Source of the DNA: an uncultured Christensenella sp.
Lineage (GTDB): Bacteria > Bacillota > Clostridia > Christensenellales > UBA1242
DNA length: 64,000 nt
Reading direction: 5' to 3'
Assembly: GCA_949841595.1 (NCBI GenBank)
Contig: CATKZB010000003.1
Span: 32,320-96,319, forward strand
The notes under the pieces were generated by a model. It ran no database searches and was not told the origin of the DNA. It saw only the letters and a list, made by a program, of their open reading frames with translations. The position numbers and the translations under genes were made by a program. Numbering within the stretch: the first letter of the stretch is position 1; each line of letters starts with the position of its first letter. This document shows, piece after piece, positions 20,399-27,524 of the stretch.

Positions 20399-21034
20399 TC
20401 AAGGTGCTGTTTTTTGTTGTTTATATAATTGTTTTAACAAATCATAATTGTTTATTTCAAAACTTGTTTTACCTATCTTTAAAACATCTTTTACGATTTC
20501 AGCCTTTTTAACAAGCCAATCTGGAGCATTATTGATAATTCCGCTTCCAATTTCTCTATAAGCTAAATATGCCCCAATCAAGTATGGAATATCTTCTTTA
20601 TAAATCTTTTGGTGCATTTTAAACTTTACGATATAAATATTGCTCTCTCTAGTTATTTTAGTGCTGTGATATTCAGCAATAATTTCATCTATTAAAATTT
20701 TTCGATTATCTATCTTCTTATCTTTGAAAAAGTCCTCAATTTGTTTATAGAAAATTAAATGTGTTATTTCGTGATAAATATTGTTTCTATTTATAATCGT
20801 TGCTATATAGTTTTCATTTTCAATAAAAGAGAATTTGCCCCCTAATTTCATATTATCAGCACTTATTGCTTCTTTAATCTCGTATGCAAACTTTGGTGCA
20901 TCAATATTTTTTACATCTTCTATATTAGACAAAGCATAAAAATGAAATTCTGGTAAATAGCCAAAATATGATACAATTTTTTCTTTTTCTACTTCTGTGA
21001 GGGCTGTTTCGTTTATCATATTACCATTATACAA
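20399..21034 (-). CDS. HEXXH metallopeptidase-like protein (possible ImmA/IrrE-type anti-repressor protease)
   Basis: 211 aa with an HEITH motif in NIYHEITHLIFY. It lies directly downstream of, and co-oriented with, an XRE regulator, which is the ImmR/ImmA-like arrangement. Confidence 0.55.
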   Translation of the reverse strand: MYNGNMINETALTEVEKEKIVSYFGYLPEFHFYALSNIEDVKNIDAPKFAYEIKEAISADNMKLGGKFSFIENENYIATIINRNNIYHEITHLIFYKQIEDFFKDKKIDNRKILIDEIIAEYHSTKITRESNIYIVKFKMHQKIYKEDIPYLIGAYLAYREIGSGIINNAPDWLVKKAEIVKDVLKIGKTSFEINNYDLLKQLYKQQKTAP

Positions 21035-21064
21035 ATAAAAACGCCTATAATCAAATATAAGCGT

Positions 21065-21382
21065 TTATTTTTTATATAAATTCATTATTGCTTCTTTTTG
21101 GTAAGGAGATAAAGTTTTTAAGAACTCTAATGTTTGTTTATCTTGTTTATATTGATTTATGTCATAAGAGAAAAATTCTTCTGGCGTAGATCCACACACT
21201 TCTATTATATCAAGTAAAACTGATAAAGATGGTTCAAAAGTTGTTTTACTGCTTTCCAGCAAATGTATATAACTTGCATTTTTACCTATTGCTAAACTCA
21301 ATGCCCTTGCTGAGAGATTTGCTCTGGTTCTTATTATGCCTATTCTAGCAACAATTTCTTTTATGTCCATAACCGCCTCCAT
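21065..21382 (-). CDS. XRE-family HTH regulator (island copy 1)
   Basis: 105 aa with an HTH_3-like segment (RTRANLSARALSLAIGKNASYIHLLESSK). Confidence 0.7.
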   Translation of the reverse strand: MEAVMDIKEIVARIGIIRTRANLSARALSLAIGKNASYIHLLESSKTTFEPSLSVLLDIIEVCGSTPEEFFSYDINQYKQDKQTLEFLKTLSPYQKEAIMNLYKK

Positions 21383-21524
21383 TTTTATACATATATTTTA
21401 ATGGTTATAAGACTTTTTATGATTTAACTATACATAACAAAATGAATTATTATTCAATAATATATTTAATAATACTAGATATTTTTATAAAAATATGTTA
21501 TAGTATATAAATATCGAGGTAATT

Positions 21525-22121
21525 GTGAAACAAGATGCTGAATTTGGTTTTAGATTTTTTGGATTATGCATACTGCCAATAGTAATTGCAATGATTTTTG
21601 CTGGCTACATATCTCAAATAAATTCTATTATAATAATGGGATTTGTAATGCTTGCATTTTGCTTGGGCTCCATACTGATTTCGATACTTATAAAAATAAA
21701 TAAAACCAAAAAAGAAAGAGAACTGCAAGAAGCCATAATTAAATCAAATATATCACAAATTGATAATCTAACACCATATATGTTTGAAGAATGGGTCGCA
21801 AGACTTTTAAGAAATATGGGTTTCAAAGCCACAATAACAAGAAAGTCGGGAGATTATGGCATAGATGTTATTGCTGAAAAAAATCAAACTCAAACAAAAA
21901 TAGGAATACAAGTCAAGAAATACAATAAGTCAGTCGGCATAAAGGCGGTGCAAGAGGTTATTTCTGGAATGAGTTATTATGATTGTAATGAAGGCTGGGT
22001 TGTTACATCGGCGAATGACTTTACCCCAGCAGCAAAAAACCTTGCAAATAAAAGAAATATAAAACTTATAACTAGAAATGATTTGGCTATGATATTAAAT
22101 AAACTATCTAATCAAGTTTAA
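21525..22121 (+). CDS. Membrane-anchored Mrr-type (PD-(D/E)xK) restriction-endonuclease-domain protein
   Basis: 198 aa. Two N-terminal hydrophobic helices are followed by FEEWVARLLRNMGFKATITRKSGDYGIDVIAEK...IGIQVKKY, the Mrr_cat catalytic pattern. Confidence 0.75.
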   Translation: MKQDAEFGFRFFGLCILPIVIAMIFAGYISQINSIIIMGFVMLAFCLGSILISILIKINKTKKERELQEAIIKSNISQIDNLTPYMFEEWVARLLRNMGFKATITRKSGDYGIDVIAEKNQTQTKIGIQVKKYNKSVGIKAVQEVISGMSYYDCNEGWVVTSANDFTPAAKNLANKRNIKLITRNDLAMILNKLSNQV

Positions 22122-22132
22122 AAGGATTATAT

Positions 22133-22615
22133 ATGAAAAACAAATTAAGAATTATTATTTTATTAATGATCATACTACTGCCTATGACGTTTTTGTGTGC
22201 TTGTTCAAACGATAATAATGACACAGTTGATGAATTTAAAATTGAAATTGTTGGCATAACACCACCACATAGTAGCGAAATCGATTTTAAAACCACTCAT
22301 AGCATATTATTTAGGTTTTTATATACTGAAGAAATGTTTAACTATGAAATAAGGAATTCTTCTGCTGGCTTATTATTTTATCTTTCTATAAATGGTGGCG
22401 AAGAGAAACCCCTACAAAATGGAAATGTAAATCTAATGTATGGTATACCTTACGGTAATGGAAGCCGAATTTTGGCTTTCAAGCCAAATGAGTATGTTTA
22501 TTTTTATATGGCTCTTGAACCAAACCATTATGAAATAAACTTTAAATTATATTATGCTGACTATTCGCCTTATAAATTGTTAGAAACCTGCAAGGTTGTC
22601 TTTGATATAGAATAA
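22133..22615 (+). CDS. Lipoprotein of unknown function
   Basis: 160 aa with a signal peptide and lipobox (LPMTFLCAC-S). It starts 12 nt after the nuclease gene. Confidence 0.65.
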   Translation: MKNKLRIIILLMIILLPMTFLCACSNDNNDTVDEFKIEIVGITPPHSSEIDFKTTHSILFRFLYTEEMFNYEIRNSSAGLLFYLSINGGEEKPLQNGNVNLMYGIPYGNGSRILAFKPNEYVYFYMALEPNHYEINFKLYYADYSPYKLLETCKVVFDIE

Positions 22616-22696
22616 CTTGATGGGCGACCCATTATTTCAAAAACAACTTTCACTTTTATCACATCCAAAAGCATTATATATTTTATATATAAAAAT

Positions 22697-22725
22697 CGAG
22701 CAAAACCTTTAATGAGTAATGCTCG
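22697..22725. terminator. Hairpin with A-run/T-run flanks, a possible bidirectional terminator
   Basis: CGAGCA (22697-22702) pairs with TGCTCG (22720-22725). AAAAA lies upstream and TTTATTTTT downstream. The loop is long (17 nt), so confidence is moderate. Confidence 0.45.
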
Positions 22726-22892
22726 TTTATTTTTGCCGACAAACCCCATACACCCCTAAAGATTATAAGAGTATTTAGAGAGTAAATTTTCAAACGACCT
22801 ATATTTTTAAACTCAACTGCTTTGATTTGGAGTTTAGAGAGTTTTCTCCCTATAGGTGCTAAAAGTTGCTGGAGTTTCAAACTATTGCACAT

Positions 22893-23260
22893 TGTTCAAT
22901 GCGTAGATTATGTTATGGCTCTTCGTTTTACTTAACTACTTCCGCCACCGATAGCGTGTGAATTGTTTCGGTCTTTTAAAAGAAATTTCGTTCTCAACTG
23001 CTTCGACTTATCGTTCTATTGAGTTCGCCCTCAGCCAACTAGTGCTATGATGCACGGACTATCTATACCCCGTCCATAATTGACTGCTCCCGACTTTCGT
23101 CTATAGACTTCCAACCCAGATTGTTATTTATACACCTCGCTGTGTGGTGCTCTTAGTGGTGCGTTTTGTGGGCACACCACCGTCAATTCACAACGGTTAC
23201 TAACCGCCTTAGACGACATCGTCATTCAGCCGAACCGCTACCTGCACTTTAAATCTAAAT
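22893..23260 (-). ncRNA. Candidate large structured non-coding RNA of unknown class (strand tentative)
   Basis: No ORF of 60 aa or more on either strand. The core 22921-23250 is about 46% G+C by hand count, against about a third in the flanks. There are multiple hairpins and palindromes, including GAC-GAAA-GTC on the minus strand. The block is co-oriented with the upstream small ORFs and the downstream hairpin plus T-run. Confidence 0.45.
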
Positions 23261-23269
23261 TATTGCAAT

Positions 23270-23473
23270 TTATTTGTCCCTTTCTTCCTTTAGCTTTTCT
23301 TCTATGACTTCTAGTTCTTTTCTAGCATCTTCATCGGTATCTTGTATTGATCTTAGATAATCAATGTAGAGTGCTTTATTTTGCTCGATAAATGGGGTTA
23401 TAAGGTCTTTTATAAGGCAAGCAAAGGAATTTACTTGTTTATGGCTTATTTTCACTTGATTGTGTGTAAACAA
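23270..23473 (-). CDS. Hypothetical small acidic protein (67 aa; start uncertain, TTG)
   Basis: ORF from the track. It has a coiled-coil-like acidic C-terminus (DTDEDARKELEVIEEKLKEERDK), no clear RBS, and overlaps the 3' end of the upstream 52-aa ORF. Confidence 0.35.
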   Translation of the reverse strand: MFTHNQVKISHKQVNSFACLIKDLITPFIEQNKALYIDYLRSIQDTDEDARKELEVIEEKLKEERDK

Positions 23474-23597
23474 CCATATCAGCCTGCTTTGACCAGAACT
23501 TTTTATTGTATTCTTTTATCTTGTCTTTGTTGTTCTTTCGCCAGTTCTTGTAATAATCTCGGCGAGCCTGAATAAGTTGTTCGTTTTTAGTAGCCAT
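23439..23597 (-). CDS. Hypothetical small basic protein (52 aa)
   Basis: My own translation gives MATKNEQLIQARRDYYKNWRKNNKDKIKEYNKKFWSKQADMVVYTQSSENKP. The ATG at 23595-23597 follows an AAGGGG RBS. The RRDYY..WR..N..K..EYN..FW pattern resembles small proteins I recall seeing in Firmicute mobile elements. It falls below the ORF-track length cutoff. Confidence 0.45.
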   Translation of the reverse strand: MATKNEQLIQARRDYYKNWRKNNKDKIKEYNKKFWSKQADMVVYTQSSENKP

Positions 23598-23628
23598 AAA
23601 ATTTACCCCTTTTATCTTTTCTTTTTGC

Positions 23629-23664
23629 TTGACAAAATTGTTACATTGAATTATAATAGTAACA
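23629..23664 (+). promoter_or_regulatory. Consensus sigma-A promoter of the XRE-recombinase operon, with an operator-like inverted repeat around the -10
   Basis: TTGACA (23629-23634), a 17-nt spacer, then TATAAT (23652-23657). The inverted repeat TGTTAC (23639-23644) / GTAACA (23659-23664) brackets the -10. The palindrome ATTATAAT also offers a minus-strand TATAAT. Confidence 0.6.
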
Positions 23665-23756
23665 GATTTTGCTTATATAAATATTATATAGGTAAAATAA
23701 AATTTGGTATAAAAAACAAAAGAAAAGTAACAAAAAAGATACAAGGGGTTTGAATT

Positions 23757-24260
23757 ATGAAAGAATGTAACACTATTGGAGAGAGAATTAGAGCATTAAG
23801 AGAAGAGAAAGGACTTACTCAACAGCAACTTGCAAAAGCACTCTACACTTCAAGAGTAAATGTCAATTATTGGGAGAATGACGAGAGAAATATAAAATCA
23901 GACATTATAATTGCTTTGGCTGAGTTTTTTGATGTATCGTGTGATTATCTTCTTACTGGCATCAGTTCAAAAAATATAGGCATATATAGAGAATTTGGCT
24001 TAGATGATGATGCTGTCAACAATATTAAGACTGTAGAAAAACATTTTAAAGGTTTAACCAATAAATTTATAAAAAACAATAACTTTATTTTCTTAATGAA
24101 TAGCATAAGAGAACATATAAAATATCAGTGTAAAAATCACGATATTAAAGAAAAAAAGGAAATTCAAAATGCTCTTATATTGGAAGCGGGCTACAAACAA
24201 CTTTGTCATAATGAACTTGATGATATTTTAGGAACTATGGTTTGGGAGGCTAAAAAATGA
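23757..24260 (+). CDS. XRE-family HTH regulator (island copy 2, 167 aa)
   Basis: The N-terminal HTH_3 segment is IGERIRALREEKGLTQQQLAKALYTSRVNVNYWENDER. The stop overlaps the recombinase start (ATGA). Confidence 0.8.
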   Translation: MKECNTIGERIRALREEKGLTQQQLAKALYTSRVNVNYWENDERNIKSDIIIALAEFFDVSCDYLLTGISSKNIGIYREFGLDDDAVNNIKTVEKHFKGLTNKFIKNNNFIFLMNSIREHIKYQCKNHDIKEKKEIQNALILEAGYKQLCHNELDDILGTMVWEAKK

Positions 24261-25798
24261 ATGTTGTTATTTATGCTAGGTTTTCATCTCATCATCAAAC
24301 AGAACAAAGCATTGAGGGACAATTAAAAGAATGTTATGACTATGCTCGAAGAAATAACTACACTGTCGTTGGCGAATACATTGATAGAGCCATTTCTGGA
24401 ACTACTGACAATCGACCAGAATTTAAAAGAATGATTGTTGACAGCAAAAGTCATTTGTTTCAAGGAGTATTAGTTTACCAACTTGATAGATTTGCTCGTA
24501 ACCGTTATGACAGTGCTACATACAAAGCCAAATTGAAGAAAAACGGAGTTAAAGTAATTTCGGCTCGAGAAAATATAAGCGATGATGCGAGTGGCGTTTT
24601 AATGGAAGCAGTGCTTGAGGGAATGGCTGAATATTACAGCAAAGAACTAGGACAAAAAGTAATGCGAGGTATGAAAGTGTCTGCATCCAAATGCTTGAGC
24701 ACTGGCAGTTATATTCCACTAGGTTATAAGATCGTTGACCGCAAATATGTGATAGATGAACACGGAGCGGAAGCGGTCAAATACATATTTGAAAAATATG
24801 CTACTGGAACACCTATTGTTGAAATCAATCAATATCTAAATGATAACCACTACAAAACATCTCGTGGCGGAGATTTTAATAAAAACTCTTTAAGAAGAAT
24901 ACTGAGCAATAAAAAATATATAGGCATCTATAAATATAGCGATGTAATCGTGAAAGATGGCATTCCTAGAATAATCTCCGATGAATTGTTTAATGAGGTT
25001 CAAAAACGCCTTGTAATCAATAAAAAAGCCCCAGCAAGAACAAGGGCTAAAGAAGATTACATATTAACAACAAAATTGTTTTGCGGTCATTGCAGAAGCC
25101 TTATGACTGGTGCTAGTGGAACTTCTCATACTGGAGAAAAACATAGTTACTATATATGCAATAAAACAAAGGTTAAACAATGTGGTAAGAAGCGAGTAAA
25201 AAAGAATTACATTGAAGATTTAGTTATACAACATTGTCGCTCAATTCTTACTGATGACAACATAGAAATAATTGCCAAAGCGGTGGCGGAGGCTTGCCAG
25301 AATGACGCTCAAAACACTATAATAAAGCATCTTGAGAAGATGTTAAAAGAAAACGAAAAGGCTGTAGAAAACCTATTTAAAGCCCTTGAAAGCGGTGCTA
25401 TTGTAGAACAAATAACAAGTCGTATTCAAGAGAAAAACAAAGAGCATTTAGAGTTAGAAAAGCAAATGGCGGCGGAACGAAAGAAAGGCACTATTTTAAC
25501 CAAGCCACAAGTTAAGTTCTTTTTAAAGCAACTACAAAAAGGCAACGACAAAGACATCAAAGTTCGCAAGGCTATAATCTCAGTATTTGTAAATGCTATC
25601 TACCTTTACGATGATAAAGTAACATACATTTTAAATGCTGGTAACGAGCAAGTAACAATCACTGATGACTTACTCGATGAAATAGAAACATCAGCCCAAA
25701 GTTCTCTTATTAACTCACTTGGACTACCAAATATATTACATTCTTGTCACATCTCATTGAAAATGAGTTTTTTCATTATTAAAGTATTAAAAAACTAA
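24257..25798 (+). CDS. Large serine recombinase (integrase)
   Basis: 513 aa. The resolvase catalytic domain is MNVVIYARFSSHHQTEQSIEGQ...VLVYQLDRFARN. It is followed by a recombinase domain, a zinc-ribbon (CGHCRSLMTG...YYICNK...CGKK) and a coiled coil. Confidence 0.9.
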   Translation: MNVVIYARFSSHHQTEQSIEGQLKECYDYARRNNYTVVGEYIDRAISGTTDNRPEFKRMIVDSKSHLFQGVLVYQLDRFARNRYDSATYKAKLKKNGVKVISARENISDDASGVLMEAVLEGMAEYYSKELGQKVMRGMKVSASKCLSTGSYIPLGYKIVDRKYVIDEHGAEAVKYIFEKYATGTPIVEINQYLNDNHYKTSRGGDFNKNSLRRILSNKKYIGIYKYSDVIVKDGIPRIISDELFNEVQKRLVINKKAPARTRAKEDYILTTKLFCGHCRSLMTGASGTSHTGEKHSYYICNKTKVKQCGKKRVKKNYIEDLVIQHCRSILTDDNIEIIAKAVAEACQNDAQNTIIKHLEKMLKENEKAVENLFKALESGAIVEQITSRIQEKNKEHLELEKQMAAERKKGTILTKPQVKFFLKQLQKGNDKDIKVRKAIISVFVNAIYLYDDKVTYILNAGNEQVTITDDLLDEIETSAQSSLINSLGLPNILHSCHISLKMSFFIIKVLKN

Positions 25799-25908
25799 AT
25801 GGTTACATCAAAAATCTTCTAGGAGAAAAGAAAAACAAAATCCCTTATGATTACAAATCTTAAAACACCAAGGTAAATAAAAACACACTTTGAAAAAGTG
25901 TGTTTTTA

Positions 25909-26583
25909 TTATTTTTCCAATTCATAAAGACTCATCAGATAATCAATGTTTGATTGTTTATCTTTTGGAATTGCAATAAGTTGAATTGTGGTTGTATTAA
26001 TAACGGTTATTGTAACTTCATTGTCATTAAAAAGGTCATTATCCATATCCAAAAATTTAATTATGTTGTTTCTTTCATAAGTCCATCTTGATATTACTGG
26101 TAAATTTACTTCATCAGCTCCAATCAATGTCATTACAAATTGACCATTCTTTGCAAATTCCCAAGTTCCAAATGTTGCATGCCCTGGAATTTCTACATCA
26201 GGAGTTCCATCATTATAATGTAATAAATCTCTTTTACAAACAAATTTTCCCATAACAAAAGAATCAACTCTGTAAGACAAATTCAAAGACTTTGTTTCAT
26301 ATTTTATGGTCAAATGTTTTTCACCAATAGCTGTTGTGTCAAAGTTCTTAATCATGTCACTTGTTATAGAAATCTCTGTTGTATTGCCATTATTAAGTGT
26401 AACCACCAACTTTGAATTCATAGCATCAAATTCTTCATTTAACAAATAATCTGTTTTAACATTCTGTGTTAAATCAATTCTTTTGACTGCTACTGGATCT
26501 TCATTGTTATTGCAAGCTGTCAATCCCAAAACAGCACACAAAACCAACGCAGGCAAAACAAAAATTTTCGCAAATTTTTTCAT
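25909..26583 (-). CDS. Lipoprotein with an Ig-like repeat pattern
   Basis: 224 aa with the lipobox LGLTAC-N. The segment VKTDYLLNEEFD...KLVVTLNNGNTTEISITSDMIKNFDTTAIGEKHLTIKYETKSLNLSYRV resembles bacterial Ig-like surface domains. Confidence 0.7.
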   Translation of the reverse strand: MKKFAKIFVLPALVLCAVLGLTACNNNEDPVAVKRIDLTQNVKTDYLLNEEFDAMNSKLVVTLNNGNTTEISITSDMIKNFDTTAIGEKHLTIKYETKSLNLSYRVDSFVMGKFVCKRDLLHYNDGTPDVEIPGHATFGTWEFAKNGQFVMTLIGADEVNLPVISRWTYERNNIIKFLDMDNDLFNDNEVTITVINTTTIQLIAIPKDKQSNIDYLMSLYELEK

Positions 26584-26615
26584 TTAATTATCCCCTTTTC
26601 TTTTGATTTCAACTC

Positions 26616-26643
26616 ATTATAGCACGGGGGGGGGACTTGTCAA
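26616..26643 (-). promoter_or_regulatory. Promoter with a 9-nt homopolymer (poly-C on the coding strand) in the -35/-10 spacer
   Basis: The minus strand reads TTGACA-agtCCCCCCCCCgtgc-TATAAT. The -35 is at 26638-26643, G9 on the plus strand at 26626-26634, and the -10 at 26616-26621. The spacer is 16 nt. Confidence 0.65.
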
Positions 26644-26715
26644 CATTTTTTACAAAAATAAGCGAAATTTTCAGATTTATTTTGATAATAAGAAAAAAAT
26701 TGCTATAATCTTTTC

Positions 26716-27495
26716 ATGATAAAACTAACTTGGTATGGGACAGCAACAATTTTGCTTGAAATTGATGATGAAAAATTGTTGTTTGATCCTTTCTTCAGAA
26801 TGAATAAAAAATTGGAACAACCACAGCTTAAAGAATTTTGTGACGTGGATTATATTTTCAACACTCACCCACATTTCGATCATTTGTGTGACCTTCCAAA
26901 AATTTTGAAAAACACAAAAGCAAAAATTTATGGAACCCCAACCATGTATTTAAGATTGGAGACTCAATCTGTTGATGTTGACAACAAAACAGAAATTCTG
27001 TGTCCTCATGAAACTTTGAAAACAAAAAATACAACAGTTTCTTTGCATAGAAGCAAACATGTGACAAACAACTTGGGTATAATTTTGAAAACTGCATTCA
27101 GAATCATTTTCAAATTTCAATTTAAAAAAGCAATAAAAATTTTGAAAACTCACAACAATTTCAGAATGGGTGGAGATATTGTTGCATTTGAAATAAATGC
27201 TCAAAACAAAAAAATTCTTCTTTTTGGATCTGCTGGTTTTGATGAAAAAGCGATCTTACCAAAAAATGTTGATATTTTGATTTGGCCTTATCAAGGAAGA
27301 ACGCATATGGCAAAATATTCTCTGCCAATAATTGAAAAAATAAATTCAAAAATGGTGATTCTTGACCACTTTGATGACGCCTTTCCACCAATAACTGGAA
27401 AAGTTGACACAAAAAAATTTATGAAAATAATGTCAAAAAAACATCCTGAAATCAAGGTTATTTTGCCAGAATTTAAAAAATCTATAATTTTATAA
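26716..27495 (+). CDS. MBL-fold metallo-hydrolase
   Basis: 259 aa with an HxHxDH motif (NTHPHFDHL). Confidence 0.75.
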   Translation: MIKLTWYGTATILLEIDDEKLLFDPFFRMNKKLEQPQLKEFCDVDYIFNTHPHFDHLCDLPKILKNTKAKIYGTPTMYLRLETQSVDVDNKTEILCPHETLKTKNTTVSLHRSKHVTNNLGIILKTAFRIIFKFQFKKAIKILKTHNNFRMGGDIVAFEINAQNKKILLFGSAGFDEKAILPKNVDILIWPYQGRTHMAKYSLPIIEKINSKMVILDHFDDAFPPITGKVDTKKFMKIMSKKHPEIKVILPEFKKSIIL

Positions 27496-27524
27496 AAAAA
27501 TAAAATAGGCAATCGCCTATTTTT

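Larger units (their letters stand above)
20315..25730. mobile_element. ~5.4-kb integrative island at the 3' end of tRNA-Glu, bounded by the 10-bp direct repeat GGACTACCAA
   Basis: GGACTACCAA occurs at 20315-20324 (tRNA 3' end) and at 25721-25730 (inside the last codons of the serine recombinase ORF). The content is typical of mobile elements: recombinase, XRE regulators, HEXXH peptidase and nuclease. There are no housekeeping genes inside. Confidence 0.55.

Noticed and set aside
22683-22892. 69-aa minus-strand ORF in the AT-rich tail of the non-coding block
   Set aside because: It reads straight through the terminator hairpin, has no RBS and has a low-complexity composition. It is better explained as part of the untranslated region or RNA tail.
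23056-23062. Possible guide-like complementarity between the GC-rich block and the att core GGACTACCAA, by analogy with bridge RNAs
   Set aside because: Only a 6-nt match (GGACTA within GGACTAT) was found. That is expected by chance in ~370 nt on two strands, so it is no evidence for RNA-guided site choice.
23085-23110. Resemblance of GACGAAAGTCGGGAGC (minus strand) to the RNase P RNA GGAAAGTCCGGGC block
   Set aside because: The match is partial. No other RNase P conserved regions are visible, and a housekeeping RNase P gene inside a 5-kb mobile island is implausible.
25731-25908. Possible additional gene or att-related repeat between the recombinase end and the next lipoprotein gene
   Set aside because: I found only the recombinase tail and a bidirectional terminator (AAAAACACACTTTGAAAAAGTGTGTTTTT), with no further repeats or ORFs.
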